Below are positions 39,089-51,245 of a stretch of DNA of 64,000 bases, in pieces; position 1 is the stretch's first letter, and the number at the start of each line of letters is the position of its first letter. The DNA lies in the NCBI GenBank assembly GCA_028534125.1, contig CM052832.1:24368001-24432000 (forward strand). Reading direction: 5' to 3'. Below the pieces are notes generated by a model that was not told the origin of the DNA, made no database searches, and saw nothing but the letters and a program-made list of their open reading frames with translations. A program made the position numbers and the translations under genes. Origin of the DNA: Lama glama (lineage: Eukaryota).

Positions 39089-39530
39089 GTATCTGTAAAA
39101 GGATTTGATTCATTCATTGACTTCATAATTGGTTGATTATGGATTCTATTCATTACCCAGTCTTTAAAGGACCATCTCAACAGGTTTTTCAGATGTCAAT
39201 TTTACCATAATACGCAGCCAGGTAATTTCAAATGCTAATGCCATACATGTTTTTAATCGCTCACTCTGTACCAGGCCTTGTGCTAGCCACTGGGGAAAAC
39301 TCTGCACCAGGACTTGCTTCCTGCCTTTTCTGAGGTTAGAGTCTGTCAGGGAAGGCAGACAGAAAAGACAAAAAAAAAAAAAAAAAAGGATCTGTGAAGA
39401 CTGTTATGAAAGAGGAAGTGTCCTCTCTAGATTCCATTCAAATCTTCCCCCAGGGTGAGTTTGCAGTGGGTCCGCTGGTCATTTGCCTTTCAATGGTTAT
39501 TGGAGCCTTGGTGAGTCTGGCATGCAGGTG

Positions 39531-40495
39531 AATAAAATAATGCCTTTTGCAGCAACATGGGTGGACCTGGAGATCATCATACTAAGTGAAGTAAGTTAGA
39601 CAGAGAAAGAAAAAATACCGTATGATGTCACTTATATAGGAAATCTGTTGTGGGACACCACGGTGGTCGGTTCATGATGCAGTTACGCGAGTTGGTACAA
39701 GAATTTACTAGAGATGAAAGCGGGGACTAGAAAAGGAGTTTATTAGGGGTGCACTGCCATAGACAACAGTGGGCCACACAGGCAAGGAGTGCCTGTGTGA
39801 GCCCCGAGGGCCAGTTGTTGAGGTCTTTTATAGGTGGGGTCACAAGATGCCTGACTGGCTTGTGCACCAGTCTCTCACTGTAGTTAAGGTGAGAGGTTTA
39901 GGGTCTGGAAAGGGCTGTGGGCTTTATGACTCTGATAAGGTGGGCTGAAACAAGCCAGCCTGAGCTGTTATGAGATTAGGCATTACCTGGGGCTGCTGTT
40001 AGTTTGTGAGGGCAAACACGCCCAGTAAAGAATGTACTTTATCCTTTGAGGGATCACAGGCAGACATCTGACAGCCCAAGAATGGGGGTTGTTAGACTTG
40101 GAGGGATGTCAGTTGGCCCCATAGAATTTGAAAAAAAGAAAAGAGAGAGAGACAAATGAACTTCTTTACAAAAACAGAATCACAGACATAGAAAATAAAC
40201 TTGTGGTTACCAGGGGACAAAGGCGTTGGCGGGGGGAGGGATAAATTTGGAATTTGGAATTTGCAGGTACTAGCTACTATATATAAAATAGATAAACAAC
40301 AAGGTCCCTCTGTAGAGCACAGGGAATTATATTCAATACCTTGTAATAGCTTCTAATGGAAAAGAATACGAAAAGGAATATATATATGAACAACTGGATC
40401 ACTATGCGGTACACCAGAAATTAACACAGCATTGTAAACTGACTATACTTCAACTTTAAAAAGTGAAAAAAACAAAATTGCAAAAAAAAAAAAAA
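39531..40495 (+). mobile_element. 5'-truncated L1 (ORF2 end plus 3'UTR), split by an LTR insertion
   Basis: ataatgccttttgcagcaacatgggtggacctggagatcatcatactaagtgaagtaag (MPFAATWVDLEIIILSEV) resumes after 40128 as gacaaatgaactt...gactatacttcaa plus poly(A). Confidence 0.92.
39646..40123 (-). mobile_element. Solo ERV LTR nested in L1
   Basis: Starts tgttgtggg, ends ccccata; minus-strand TATA (cctataaaag, about 39825-39834) and AATAAA (about 39739-39744); degenerate 5-bp TSD aaatc/gaatt. Confidence 0.75.
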
Positions 40496-40659
40496 GCAAG
40501 CATCAGAAGATACCACTGCGTTCATCCCAAATATATGCTTTCATGGCCAGAATGCTCACTCAGTAACTGTATCACTTATGTGTGCTCACTGCATTTTTTG
40601 GAGAGGGGAAGGCTGCTATTTTTACCCTCTAGTAGTGTTCTGATGGCTCCACGGTAAAA

Positions 40660-40790
40660 CGGTTCTACACTGAACCCCATCTGTCTCTCTCCTGGGCCCA
40701 TGTCTTAGCTATATTTTTATCCCGGATGGCTGGCGTGGTGCCTGGCATTTAGTAGGTCTTCAGTAAATATTTGCTGAATCAATGTGTGTG
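40660..40790 (+). mobile_element. L2 3' end remnant
   Basis: gtgcctggcatttagtaggtcttcagtaaatatttgctgaatcaatg. Confidence 0.7.
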
Positions 40791-41884
40791 GACTGAAAAA
40801 TCGCCTACTCTTACTAGCTTTCTGCATGTGATACATGCCCTGCCTCTCCAGAAAGATTGTGGGCTTCTGAGCAGGAACATCGTGAGTCACACACTTACCT
40901 ATTTGACTCAGTGCCTTGTAAGTGACAGGTAGGCTATCCTAAATCCTCCAGCCCCTTGAGAGTAGCCAGTTATCCCTGCATCAGGGACCCTGCAAGATTC
41001 TTAGAGCCAAGATGGAAGAAACAGATACAGGTTATTACCCAGATACACATTAAAAATGTAATCTGTGCAGTTTACCCCTTTTAGACGTATGGACATAAAT
41101 GATCACTCGCTGCTGGCCCGCGGCGGGCAGACAGAACTCTTCTCCACTTCCGCCGTAATCACAGCTGCCTTCATTATAGACTCACAGAGAAGTGAATTAA
41201 GGTGAACTCTGGAAGAATGAAGAGATGTAGCTCGCTTGATGGACGTGGGAGTGGGAGTGGGAAGGTTGTTCCAGGCAGAAAGATGGCATCAAAGGAGGCT
41301 GGGCTGTTTTTCCATTTCCAGTCATCACTGACAGTTTTTATTGTTTAACATTTTTTAGAAGTGTCCTCTGAACCTCAGGGCTGTTCAAAAACAAGTATTT
41401 CATGGTAGCGATGATGTCAAACGATGAGATGCATTCTATGATCGGTGGCAGAAACAGAAGTTGAAGCTGCAGTGTGATGAGAATTTAAACATACAGGAAG
41501 TCAAAAAATTCAGGAGCTGAAGTCGAACTGCAGGCGTGACTCAGTCCCCTTGGGCATAGGGTGGTAGCATTTTCTGAATTGTGGCATATTCTGTTAAATG
41601 TAAGCCCTTGTTTTTGCAAAGTCGTTGTGTCAAGGTTGCAATATGAGCAGTAACTTTAGACTTTCAGGATTTTTTTTAAACCTTCTTCTCACCCACAGTA
41701 TATGCTGCTGGAGCATTTGTGCACTGAGATTCCGTATTGCTTATGAAAATAAAAAAAAGCAGCACCGCGTTCAATCTCTGATGCACAATGTGACTTTATG
41801 AAAAAAGAACTATGTATCTGCTTGAACATGACCTAATACTGAAGCAAAACACAGCCACCTCCACTGCTCAGATTATATAAATTT

Positions 41885-42300
41885 CTATGGTAAAATACAC
41901 AAAGATAAAATTTACCATCCTAACTGTGTTCGAGTGTGCAGTTCAGCGGCATTAAGTACATCCACATTGTTGTGCAACCATCACCAACATCCATCTCCAC
42001 AACTCTTTCATTTTGCTGAACAGAAACTCTGTACCCTTTCAACAATAACTCCCTATTCCCTCCCCCCAGCCCCTGGCAACCACCCTTCTACTTTCTGTCT
42101 CTATGAAGATGATTTCTGTGAATTTGATTACATTAGATACTTCATATAAGTGGAATCATACAGTATTTGTCCTTTGGCGACTGGCTTATTTTGCTTAGCT
42201 GATATACTGTTAGGAACAGCTTTATTGAGATACAATTCACGTACCATAAATTCATCCCTTTATAGTACACAATTCTATGGTAAAGTATATTCATAATTGA
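41885..42300 (-). mobile_element. L1MB-type 3' end fragments
   Basis: gttcagcggcattaagtacatccacattgttgtgcaaccatcacc...gtggaatcatacagtatttgtcc; second piece starts cagctttattgagatacaattcac. Confidence 0.85.
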
Positions 42301-42769
42301 TATATTTAGGAAGTTTTGTCTTAGTTCTCAAAAATGCATACTTTTTTTTAATCTAGCAAGTCCATTTATAAAAATGCCATGAAATAAAGGCAGCTTTATT
42401 TAATAAAAGGTTAGGGGCAAGCATCTTGATTATGCTTAGCTTGGTTCAGATTAATTCAGATAACCGAAATATTTTTGTAAGCATGTTTGCTTTAATTGAG
42501 ACATCTTTGCTTTGAATCCTGGCGCCAGCAACGTGTGCTTATTGATTATTGCTCTTGTGTGGGGATATTGTTTGCTTGCAAAGTTGATTGTGATGAGTTA
42601 GCCAGAAATTCAACAGAACTGAAATTTCTTTCAGTCCAGGTTTGTTCAAAGGCCCTATTTTGAACTGAGTGAGGCTATAGATAGAAGTGATACTTGAGTT
42701 ATTTGAGATCTGGAATCCCCAATGGCAAAGAGGGTATTTTGGTCTAAGTTAGAAAAATATATTTCATGC

Positions 42770-43215
42770 TTATCTAATTGTGGTGGGAGTGTTAATTGAT
42801 ACAAACATTGAGGAAGACACTTAAGCATTATCCAGTAAAGATGAGCGTATATACCCTATGACAAGGCAGTTTTTCTTTTAAGTTTCTTTCCTAGGAAATC
42901 TTCCTTGTGTACACATATACCGGACAACACATATGCTGTTTATCACCCTTTTCTTACATTAATAATTGTTTAAAAATAAATCCCAACCACCCAAATGTTT
43001 ATCAAAGTAAAATGGATAAGCAAATTGTAATATAATCAAATGATAGAATACAGTACAGCGATGAAAATGGAATGATCTAACACTAGGCAGAGCAATACAG
43101 ATCAGTCTCGACACAGTGATGTGAAGCCCAAGAAAAATGTTACTAGGTTGCAGAAAAATTCTTACAATACGAATGAATCAGTTTGTCAAATTTCAAAAAT
43201 ATCCATAACTAAACA
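42770..43215 (+). mobile_element. Old L1M (L1ME-like) ORF2 end / 3'UTR fragment
   Basis: ataccctatgac...ccaaatgtttatcaaagtaaaatggataagcaaattgtaatataatcaaatgatagaatacagtacagc. Confidence 0.7.
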
Positions 43216-43799
43216 AGCAGAGTAGGATTTCATCCTGAGACAGGTGAGAAAAGGCTACAAGGCTAGAAAGACAGGTGTTAAAGCTCTTTCCCTCTGTCTG
43301 AGCGGTCTATGTGGAAATGAAAGCTACCAGCTATTTCTGCCACTTACACGCCTATGAAATTTCTAAGTACCCTTCCTAGTAACTCTTTCAAATACCACAT
43401 ACATGCTACACTAGCAGACTAAAAAGCATCAGAGAGATGGCTGGGGAGAAAACAAATCATGCATAAAGAACATTTTTATTTAAAAATCGTTACATTGCTG
43501 AAATAGAATGTTCAGAGAGAAGCTTTTCTTGAATGAAGTTAGAGGAAAGGATATAACTAAAAATAGAACTGCAATTTTTAATAAATGAAAATTAGTCCCA
43601 ATCCTAATCAGTACTTCCTGTGTTCAATACTAATTTTGTCACTCTGTGACTTCAGTTAACAAGGGCTTCTCACATCCTTTGTGCTCTGCTTGTGTGGTTA
43701 TCATTCTGATCACCGTCACTGCCGCCGCCACCACCACCATCTTCATCATCAGGGACACGTGCTTTTTTGAGCCCGGAGGTAATAAGCTTTTTACAAATA

Positions 43800-44145
43800 C
43801 CTCGTTGAATACAAGCTGGTCCCTGCCTCCAGGTCTTTGCCTTACTAGTCCCTCTGCTTGATTTCTTCCCCCTCCTGATGACTCACTCTCTCTCTTGATT
43901 CGGTTGTCTGCTCAGATGTCACTTTAAGTGAAATAACACCCCCATCACTTTCCATTTCTTTAACTGGTTTAGTTTTCCCTTACATATATTTGCTCTACTC
44001 TCTTCTTCCAGTAAAACCTAAGGAAGAAGTAAAGTCTGTATATTGGAGGCTCTGCCTGCCTCTCTCTTGTAGCTCCAGCACTTGGCGCGGAGCTCAGCAC
44101 ACTTAGAAGCCCAGTGATTATGCACTGAGTGAATGAATGACTGAA
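43800..44145 (+). mobile_element. L2 3' fragment
   Basis: gtctgctcagatgtcact...ccagcacttggcgcggagctcagcac...tgagtgaatgaatga. Confidence 0.7.
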
Positions 44146-44320
44146 TCACTTCAGTAACTCTTTGAGATAGGTATTGTTACTGCCATTCTCCAGATTTCAA
44201 GAAATGGAGGTTCAGACAACGTAAACTTCCTACCCGTATTCACTCAGCTGGTGAGTGACAGCGGCTGAAGTTTAAAGCCAGAGTGTCTGACACCAAAGCC
44301 TGTTCTAACTGCTCCACATT
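44146..44320 (-). mobile_element. MIR SINE
   Basis: ctttgagataggtattgttactgccattctccagat...gaaatggaggttcaga...gtctgacaccaaagcc. Confidence 0.7.
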
Positions 44321-45353
44321 TCTGCCTTCTGTCATCTGTCACTGATTCTGATGTGACTTTTTTTTTTTTTTTTTGCATAGAGCATCCTCCTTTCTTTTCA
44401 GATGAATGCACTTGAATGCACCTTTATCACAAATAATATGTCTCTTTTTAGGACTATTTTTGTTTTGCATGTGCAAACCTTTCCCCTACATTTCAGATTC
44501 AGCCAATTTTTTTTTTTTTTTTGGTCATCTTACTTCTCCAGCTAACATCTCATGCCCTGTTTAGTGCTGTTGTCCCGTCTCGGAGACCACAGTGGACGTG
44601 GGAGAGCAACAGACGAGACTTTGAGTGGAACGATTTATAGATAATCGACTGAGCTGCCTTATCTCCTAAATGCATGTGTCATCAGACCATTTCTGAGGGC
44701 ATCTAATGACCTTGTCCTGAACATGTGCTGCCTTATAATCTGCACTCATTTGTCACTCTTCTGCCCTGCTAGATTTACGGAAGTAACATGGATGGGGAAA
44801 GCGAAATAAACGTTACAGATGTCTGAAATGCTTTATTTATTCTTTTTATTTGCTTTGGCTTGTTCTGGGATACAGGAGCCAGCTTTGAAGTTAAAAATAA
44901 AACAAATGTTCAAAACTGAGGTTGTCACCCTTTTTAATAGAACCCCCGATCTTAGTGGGGACCTGGAGCACTGTTGTTCAGTCAGTGAGGAGGACGTGTG
45001 GTCCTTCAAGAGGAGGACATGCACGGCTGGTGAGCAGAGTGGTGGGGGTCCTAGAACCTGGGGGTCCCAACTCCATTTCTGGGGCTCCTTCCCTAGCACT
45101 TTGCTGTCCCAGCTGTAGAGCCATACATGCTGGGGAACAGGAAGGGCCTTTTCTTGGATCACATGTTGGCCAGTTGATTATCAGCAGCCTCTGTCCCCTG
45201 GATCATCTCCTTCTTTACCAGAGCCATCTCTCTTTGACCCTGGCTGACCGTGGTGGACTCTTGGCAGAGCTCAACTGATCTCCATTAAGGCTACATATTA
45301 GCTGTTGACTAAACTTCTCCAGATCTTAAGACATGAGGATCTTAATCTTGGTG

Positions 45354-45355
<2 letters not shown>

Positions 45356-45389
<34 letters not shown>

Positions 45390-45411
45390 TGACAGAGAGA
45401 GAGAGAGAGAG
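45356..45411. repeat. Compound microsatellite (TG)16...(AG)9
   Basis: TG run 45356-45387 and AG run 45394-45411. Confidence 0.95.
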
Positions 45412-45609
45412 GAGGCAGACAGAGAAAGAGAGAGACAGACAGGGACAGAGAGAAGGGGAAAGGGGAGTAAATATGAATATTTAACATTTTGGGGACCGTA
45501 TGACCTTTGAAGACTTCTCCTTTTCCTCTGGCATAGGAATAAATTCAAAGTTTCTTCTTTAACAAAAGTCTTTTGGGGGGTGTGTGTAATTGTTGTTTTA
45601 AAATCAAAA

Positions 45610-45845
45610 TAGTACTAATGTTTATCAAGCACTTTGTATATTCCGGATCCTGGACTCAGTGCTTTGTGTACACTGTAAAAGTTGATTGTCACAGCAACCC
45701 GACAAGGTGGTTATGTTATTAGTCCCATTGAAGAGGTGAGAACGTTGAGGCTCAGAGAGGATAAGCAGTTTGCCTGGGGCTGCAGAGCTTAAACTGACAG
45801 CTAGGATTTGAGTCTAAGCAGTCTGACTCCAGAACCTGCTCCATC
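45610..45845 (-). mobile_element. MIR SINE
   Basis: ttgaggctcagagaggataagcagtttgcc...ggatttgagtctaagcagtctgactccaga. Confidence 0.85.
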
Positions 45846-47502
45846 TCTTGTTCCCGTGATCACAGAAGTGATGTATATTCACTTAGGAAAACCGGACATA
45901 CAGGCAAGAATCAAGGGCAAATCACCCCTAAGATAACCACAGACATCTTTAGTGTTTCTAGACTCACCCATTTTTAAACGAAGGCATCACTCTGATTATC
46001 CTGTTTGTGAGCTGCCTTTATCACTGGTTCATATATTATGAACGTGTTGCCATGACATTTTCAATTCCTCTTCACATGATTTTATTGCTTATGTAAGTTT
46101 CACATCTCTTATAGATACTATAATTTACACGAATACTCTAATGTGTCCAACATTTAATTCTCCAGATTTTTTGCTATTGTTAGTAACGCTGTGCTGGATT
46201 TTGTCGAACGTGGACCTTTTTTGGACATTACCAGTTGTTTCCGTAGGATTCATTTCTAGAACTAGAACCACTGGCTCAAAGATTAAGAGCCTTTTTAAGA
46301 TTTTTGACATATATTGTTAAAGTACTATATTTTAGCATTCAGCAACCATGAAAAAGAATGTCCATATGTCTGCATTCTTGGACAACACTAAATACTATAA
46401 TTGAAAAACAGGAACAAAGAAAAACCTTGCCGATTTGATAAAGTAACAAATTACATCGTGTTTTAATTTGCTTCTTATTTTGGTTTGGTTTTGAATGAGG
46501 TTGGGCATTTTTTCTTATGTTTTCTATTTTTTTATATTACTTTTTAAATTGTGCTTTTAAATTCAAAATTTTTTTAAATTTAAAATTTTTAAATTGACTA
46601 TGTGACTATTTTTGCATTAGGACATATTTTTAACTCATTGTATATCTATACATTTCATATTAAAGATATTAACTCTGTCAATGATAAAGAGTTACAGTTG
46701 TTTTCTCACTTTGATATTTTCCTTTGAATTTTATTTATGGTGATTTTGATTTACAAATATTCAAAATGTTTGTGTAGTCAAACTATATTAATGATCTTTT
46801 TTGGCTTTTATACTTAGAAATTCACTAGGCTCAGATAAATATTCACCTATAATTTCGTCTAGTCTTTTACTACCCCATAGTTTATATTTAGAGTGTATCT
46901 TGATGTGTGATCTCAGGCATGAGAATCAAACGAACTTTTGCCAAATAGTTTATCAGTTCATCTCATGCCATTTATTTCATACTCTTTTCCCCACTGATAG
47001 GAGCTGCCACCTTTATCCTGTACTAAGTATTTTTATAAACTTGAGTGTATTTCTGAGCTTTGCATTCTGTTCTCTTGACCTTTGTGTTTTGGCACGTTAG
47101 TTGTGGTTCTGCAGGTTTAGGAGTTTTTAATAGAAGCAATCTTAGATTCTTCCATTTAATTTCCCCTCCCAAATTTCTCAGCTATTTTCAGCCTATTCAT
47201 TTATTCCATGTGAATGTAAGATTAATTTGGTTAGATTTTAAAACATGTTTTCCAAAATAAATAGATTACATATTAATATGGGGAGAATTCAGTCTTTTCA
47301 CTCTTGCAACTTCTGATTCATGTATGTAGTCTTATTCAAGACTTTTATTGTCCTTTAATTTACATTCCTGTTTCATAGGATTTGAGTTTCTGTTAAGTTT
47401 TCCTTAGAATTTTTACAGTGTTGGTTATAATTGTGCATTTGATCTTTATTTCCCTTATATTTTTTGCTTACTGCTGGTTTCTTGAAAAAAAAAATATATA
47501 TA

Positions 47503-47506
<4 letters not shown>

Positions 47507-47538
<32 letters not shown>
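47507..47538. repeat. (TG)16 microsatellite
   Basis: Perfect dinucleotide run. Confidence 0.95.
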
Positions 47539-47541
<3 letters not shown>

Positions 47542-48230
47542 ACATATCTAGCTTCTAATAACTGGCCATCTTATCGACCTTGCTGTGTTCTAGTAATCTT
47601 TCATCAAATTCCCCTAGTCTTCCATTTAGTCAATAATAGCATTTCTAATGCTGAAAATACTCTCTCCTACACTTTAATGTTTTTTAGCTTTCGTTTCTTC
47701 TGGAACATCCCAACACCATGTTGAATAATAACGGTAGAGCAAGTATACTTGACTTCCTGAGTTTAATTATGGACTCTTGTTTTTAACTTCTAATATGATG
47801 TTGGCTATCGGTTTGTGGCAAGTATCTTTTATTTTGGCCAGTAAGTAGTATTCTATTCAAATTTCCGGTACCACTTCCCATAGAATTTTTTATAAAATGT
47901 CTTTCAACGTCTTTAATAATGATACTTTTTTCCTGTTGAACTGGCAGTGCTATGAATTACATAATGTAATTTATGTGTCACGTCCATTCCTGGAAACTTT
48001 GAAATTACCTGTCTTCCAAATTATTTGATGCAAGTCTTTTTTTTTTTTTTTAATGAAAACCCACCTCCCCTCCCACCTACAATTTTTTTCCACAGTGACT
48101 TTACTGATCAAGATTTTTTACTTTTAAAGTTAATATTAAAGATTTTAATTTCTCTAGAAAATCTGCTGTCTATATTTAAAATATTACTAATGCAGAGTCA
48201 AACATTATATCTTCTTAAAAAATATCATCA

Positions 48231-48330
48231 NNNNNNNNNNNNNNNNNNNNNNNNNNNNNNNNNNNNNNNNNNNNNNNNNNNNNNNNNNNNNNNNNNNNNN
48301 NNNNNNNNNNNNNNNNNNNNNNNNNNNNNN
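48231..48330. other. Assembly gap (100 N)
   Basis: Run of exactly 100 N, a typical placeholder for a gap of unknown size. Confidence 1.
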
Positions 48331-49307
48331 GTTTCCTTGATGTTCTGATATGTGATTAGTTTTGTTAACGTCCTGTGAGTCCCTGTGCGGAAAAGGCGTG
48401 CTCTGATCATCAGGTTTATCTGGTCATCAGATCAGCCTTATTTATTATTTTATCCTACTTCTCTGTATCCTTATGAAATTTTCATCCGCTTGTCTTTTTT
48501 CCAAGAACTAAACAGAAGCAATGGGGTAGAGTTCAACAGCTCCACTGTGTGTCTTTCGGCCTCTGCTTATTTTCCTTTATATGTTTCCAAGCTGTATTAT
48601 CTTGGAACATACAAATTAAACTTTCCTTTACAAATTAAACTTTTCTTTACAACGTACCCCTCGTCAGGAAATCTGACACTCCTGTTTAATGCTTTTAATA
48701 TTTGACTCTGATTTTATATTAACATTATAACTATCGATTTTTAATGTGCCGTTTCCTAGTATTCCTTTGCCCCAATCCTTTTTCTTTTAACTTGGATGGA
48801 TTTCTTGCAGATAACATAGAGGTCATACTGAATTTATGACTCTACTTGAGATTTTTCTGTTTCCTAAAAGAGAATTAATACCTATCTTTCATGTTGATAT
48901 ACTTGTTCTAATTTTTGTTATTTTTTTTTTTGCTTTTATGATGTTTCCATCATTTTCTGTTTCGTATGATTTAATTTATTCTCTAAAAATGTTCAGGTTA
49001 TACATTTTGTTTAATTTTCTAGTTGTTTTCTTAAATTAAAAAAAAAAAAAACCTGTATTTCTGTATGAACATGTCAAGAAGCTTACAGCTTACTCACCAT
49101 GCCGCCTCCTTGTGTAAGATGAGATTAACATATTTTCATTGTCCTTTGAGATTCTCCTTTCCTTTTCAAAGATAGATACATAGATATTTTGATCCCATTT
49201 ATTATTATGCAAATTCTCTTATAAGATTTACCTAGATAACCAGTAATCTGTTTTCTAGCTATATCTAGCTGTTCATTGTCTATATGGTTTGGTTACATAC
49301 TGTAAGT

Positions 49308-49854
49308 TTTTTTTTTTTTAATTGAAGTAGAGTCAGTTAGTGTGTCTGTCTCTTTGGTGTACAGCATAATGTCCTAGTCATACATGTGCATGCATATATT
49401 CATTTTCATCAAAGGTTATTATGAGATACTGAATATAGTTCCCTGTGCTACACAGTAAAAACTTGTAGTTTATCTATTGTTAGATATACTAGTTAATATT
49501 TACAAATCTCCAACTCCCAAATTTATCCCTTCCTACCCTCTTTCCTCCCGGTAACCATAAGATTATTTACTATGTCTGCAAATCTGTTTCTGTTTTGTAA
49601 ATGAGTTTACTAGTGTCTTCTTTTTTCTTTTTTTAGATTCCACATACAAGTGATGTCATATGGTATTTTTCTTTCTCTTTTTCCTTACTTCACTTAGAAT
49701 GACAATCTCTGGGTCCATCCATGTTGCTGCAAATGGCATTATTTTATTCTTTCGTGTCTGGATAGTATTCCATTGTATAAATATACCACAACTTCTTTAT
49801 CCAGTCATCTGTCCATGGACATTTAGGTTGTTTCCATGTCTTGCCCATTGTATA
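49308..49854 (-). mobile_element. 5'-truncated young L1
   Basis: Poly-T, L1 3'UTR and ORF2 end (ggtccatccatgttgctgcaaatggcattattttattc); TSD tacatactgtaagt (49294-49307) / tacatactataaat (49855-49868), 12 of 14 identical. Confidence 0.93.
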
Positions 49855-50177
49855 TACATACTATAAATTATTTTAAAACATCCTTTGCTTTTTTTTTAAG
49901 CTAAACTTTTTGGTTGTCTAGAAACTTCTTCAAATAATATTTTTATGAAGTACATTTTCTTATTGATCTCTTGCATCCAATAATGCCTTTTTCATTTTTT
50001 AACTCTCACACCTCAACAGAAAACTTAGTTTAGAATTCCTGTATCAAAACCCTTTTCCATCAGAATGGTACAGTTTGTTGTTTTATATGAGGAAGGGAAA
50101 AATATAAGTAACCAGGTCACTAAGAAATATCCCACTGACCTCAGGCTTCTATTTGACAACAAAAGAAATAAAACAAC

Positions 50178-50360
50178 AAGATAAAAAACAAATTTCTTCT
50201 GTATAGCACAGGGGAATATATTCAATATCTTGTAATAACCTTTAATGAAAAAAATATGAAAACAAATCTATGCATGTATATGCATGACTGGGACATTATG
50301 GTGTACACCAGAAACTGACACGTTGTAACTGACTACACTTCAGTAAAAAAGGAAAAAAAG
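50178..50360 (+). mobile_element. Young L1 3' end
   Basis: ctgtatagcacaggggaatatattcaatatcttgtaataacc...tgtaactgactacacttcagt plus A-rich tail. Confidence 0.88.
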
Positions 50361-50490
50361 AACAATGCAGTTTTGTTCTAATGGAACCCTTCCTCATTTG
50401 ATGCTTATGATCTTCTTAATTTAACCTCAAAATTCAAAGGTTTTACCAGAAGGTAACTAGAGGACAGTTTTCATTAATTTTTATACGTAC

Positions 50491-50494
<4 letters not shown>

Positions 50495-50526
<32 letters not shown>
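50495..50526. repeat. (GT)16 microsatellite
   Basis: Perfect dinucleotide run. Confidence 0.95.
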
Positions 50527-50529
<3 letters not shown>

Positions 50530-51009
50530 TGCATGCTGTGTGTCTGTATGTATCAGTTTTCCTTGACTTTTTTTTCTTGTACAGAGTGAGGATGTTTTTA
50601 ATTTGTTTTTGGTCTGGGAATCAGCTATTCCTTCAGTTCAGCAGACTTTTCTTATATCCTTATTTTTATATTTGTATTTTCTACAAACTCATTTTGATGT
50701 AAAGCAAGAGGAGGTTTCTAACGATTGATCACGGTTACCTGTGTTTTGGCATTTGACACGTCAGATGGAAACAGACTTGGCTTTTCCACATCTCCCTTAG
50801 ATTTTCCACCTTGACATTCCATTTTGAAATTATATATGAATATAAGAGTGACACTTTGGAACAAGCTCTCCATGCTTCTCTATGAAGTCACGTATGCCTG
50901 GCCTTGGAAACACCTTTTCTCATGCAGGGACACACCCCGTGTGTTTGACAAAGGTGAGGCTTTCTCAGTGACTCCAGGCAAGGAGTCTGTAGTAAAGAAA
51001 GGCTGACTG

Positions 51010-51245
51010 AATGTTGAATATTGATTGAGCACATGTTCTGTGCTAGGTGTTCTTCATGTGTCATTTCATGTAATCTCGCAGCTCTGAATAAGTACCATTA
51101 TCATGCCCGTTTTATGACTAAGGGAATACAGGCTTAAAAAGTTTCTGTAATGTGTCCCAGGCCACGGAGCTGGTAAGCTTTGAGGCTCATCCTGGGGTCT
51201 TTGACTCCATAACCTACGTTTTTCCTGCTGTACTACCTTGACTTT
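51010..51245 (-). mobile_element. MIR SINE
   Basis: ttgagcacatgttctgtgctaggtg...tgtgtcccaggccacggagctggtaag...tttgactcca. Confidence 0.7.

Larger units (their letters stand above)
45870..49250 (-). mobile_element. Long, highly decayed L1M (L1ME-like) element
   Basis: T-rich tract with L1 antisense hallmarks; the minus ORF FEPVVLVLEMNPTE echoes ORF2 YDPAIPLLGIYPKE; atatgatgttggctatcggtttgtggcaagta is RT-region-like. Confidence 0.65.

Noticed and set aside
39431..39454. Another 24-nt AG...GT interval with a strong donor
   Set aside because: Short weak pyrimidine tract at the edge of an L2 remnant; illustrates the false-positive rate for microexon patterns
48025..48410. ORFs spanning the N run
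   Set aside because: Artefacts of translating through the assembly gap
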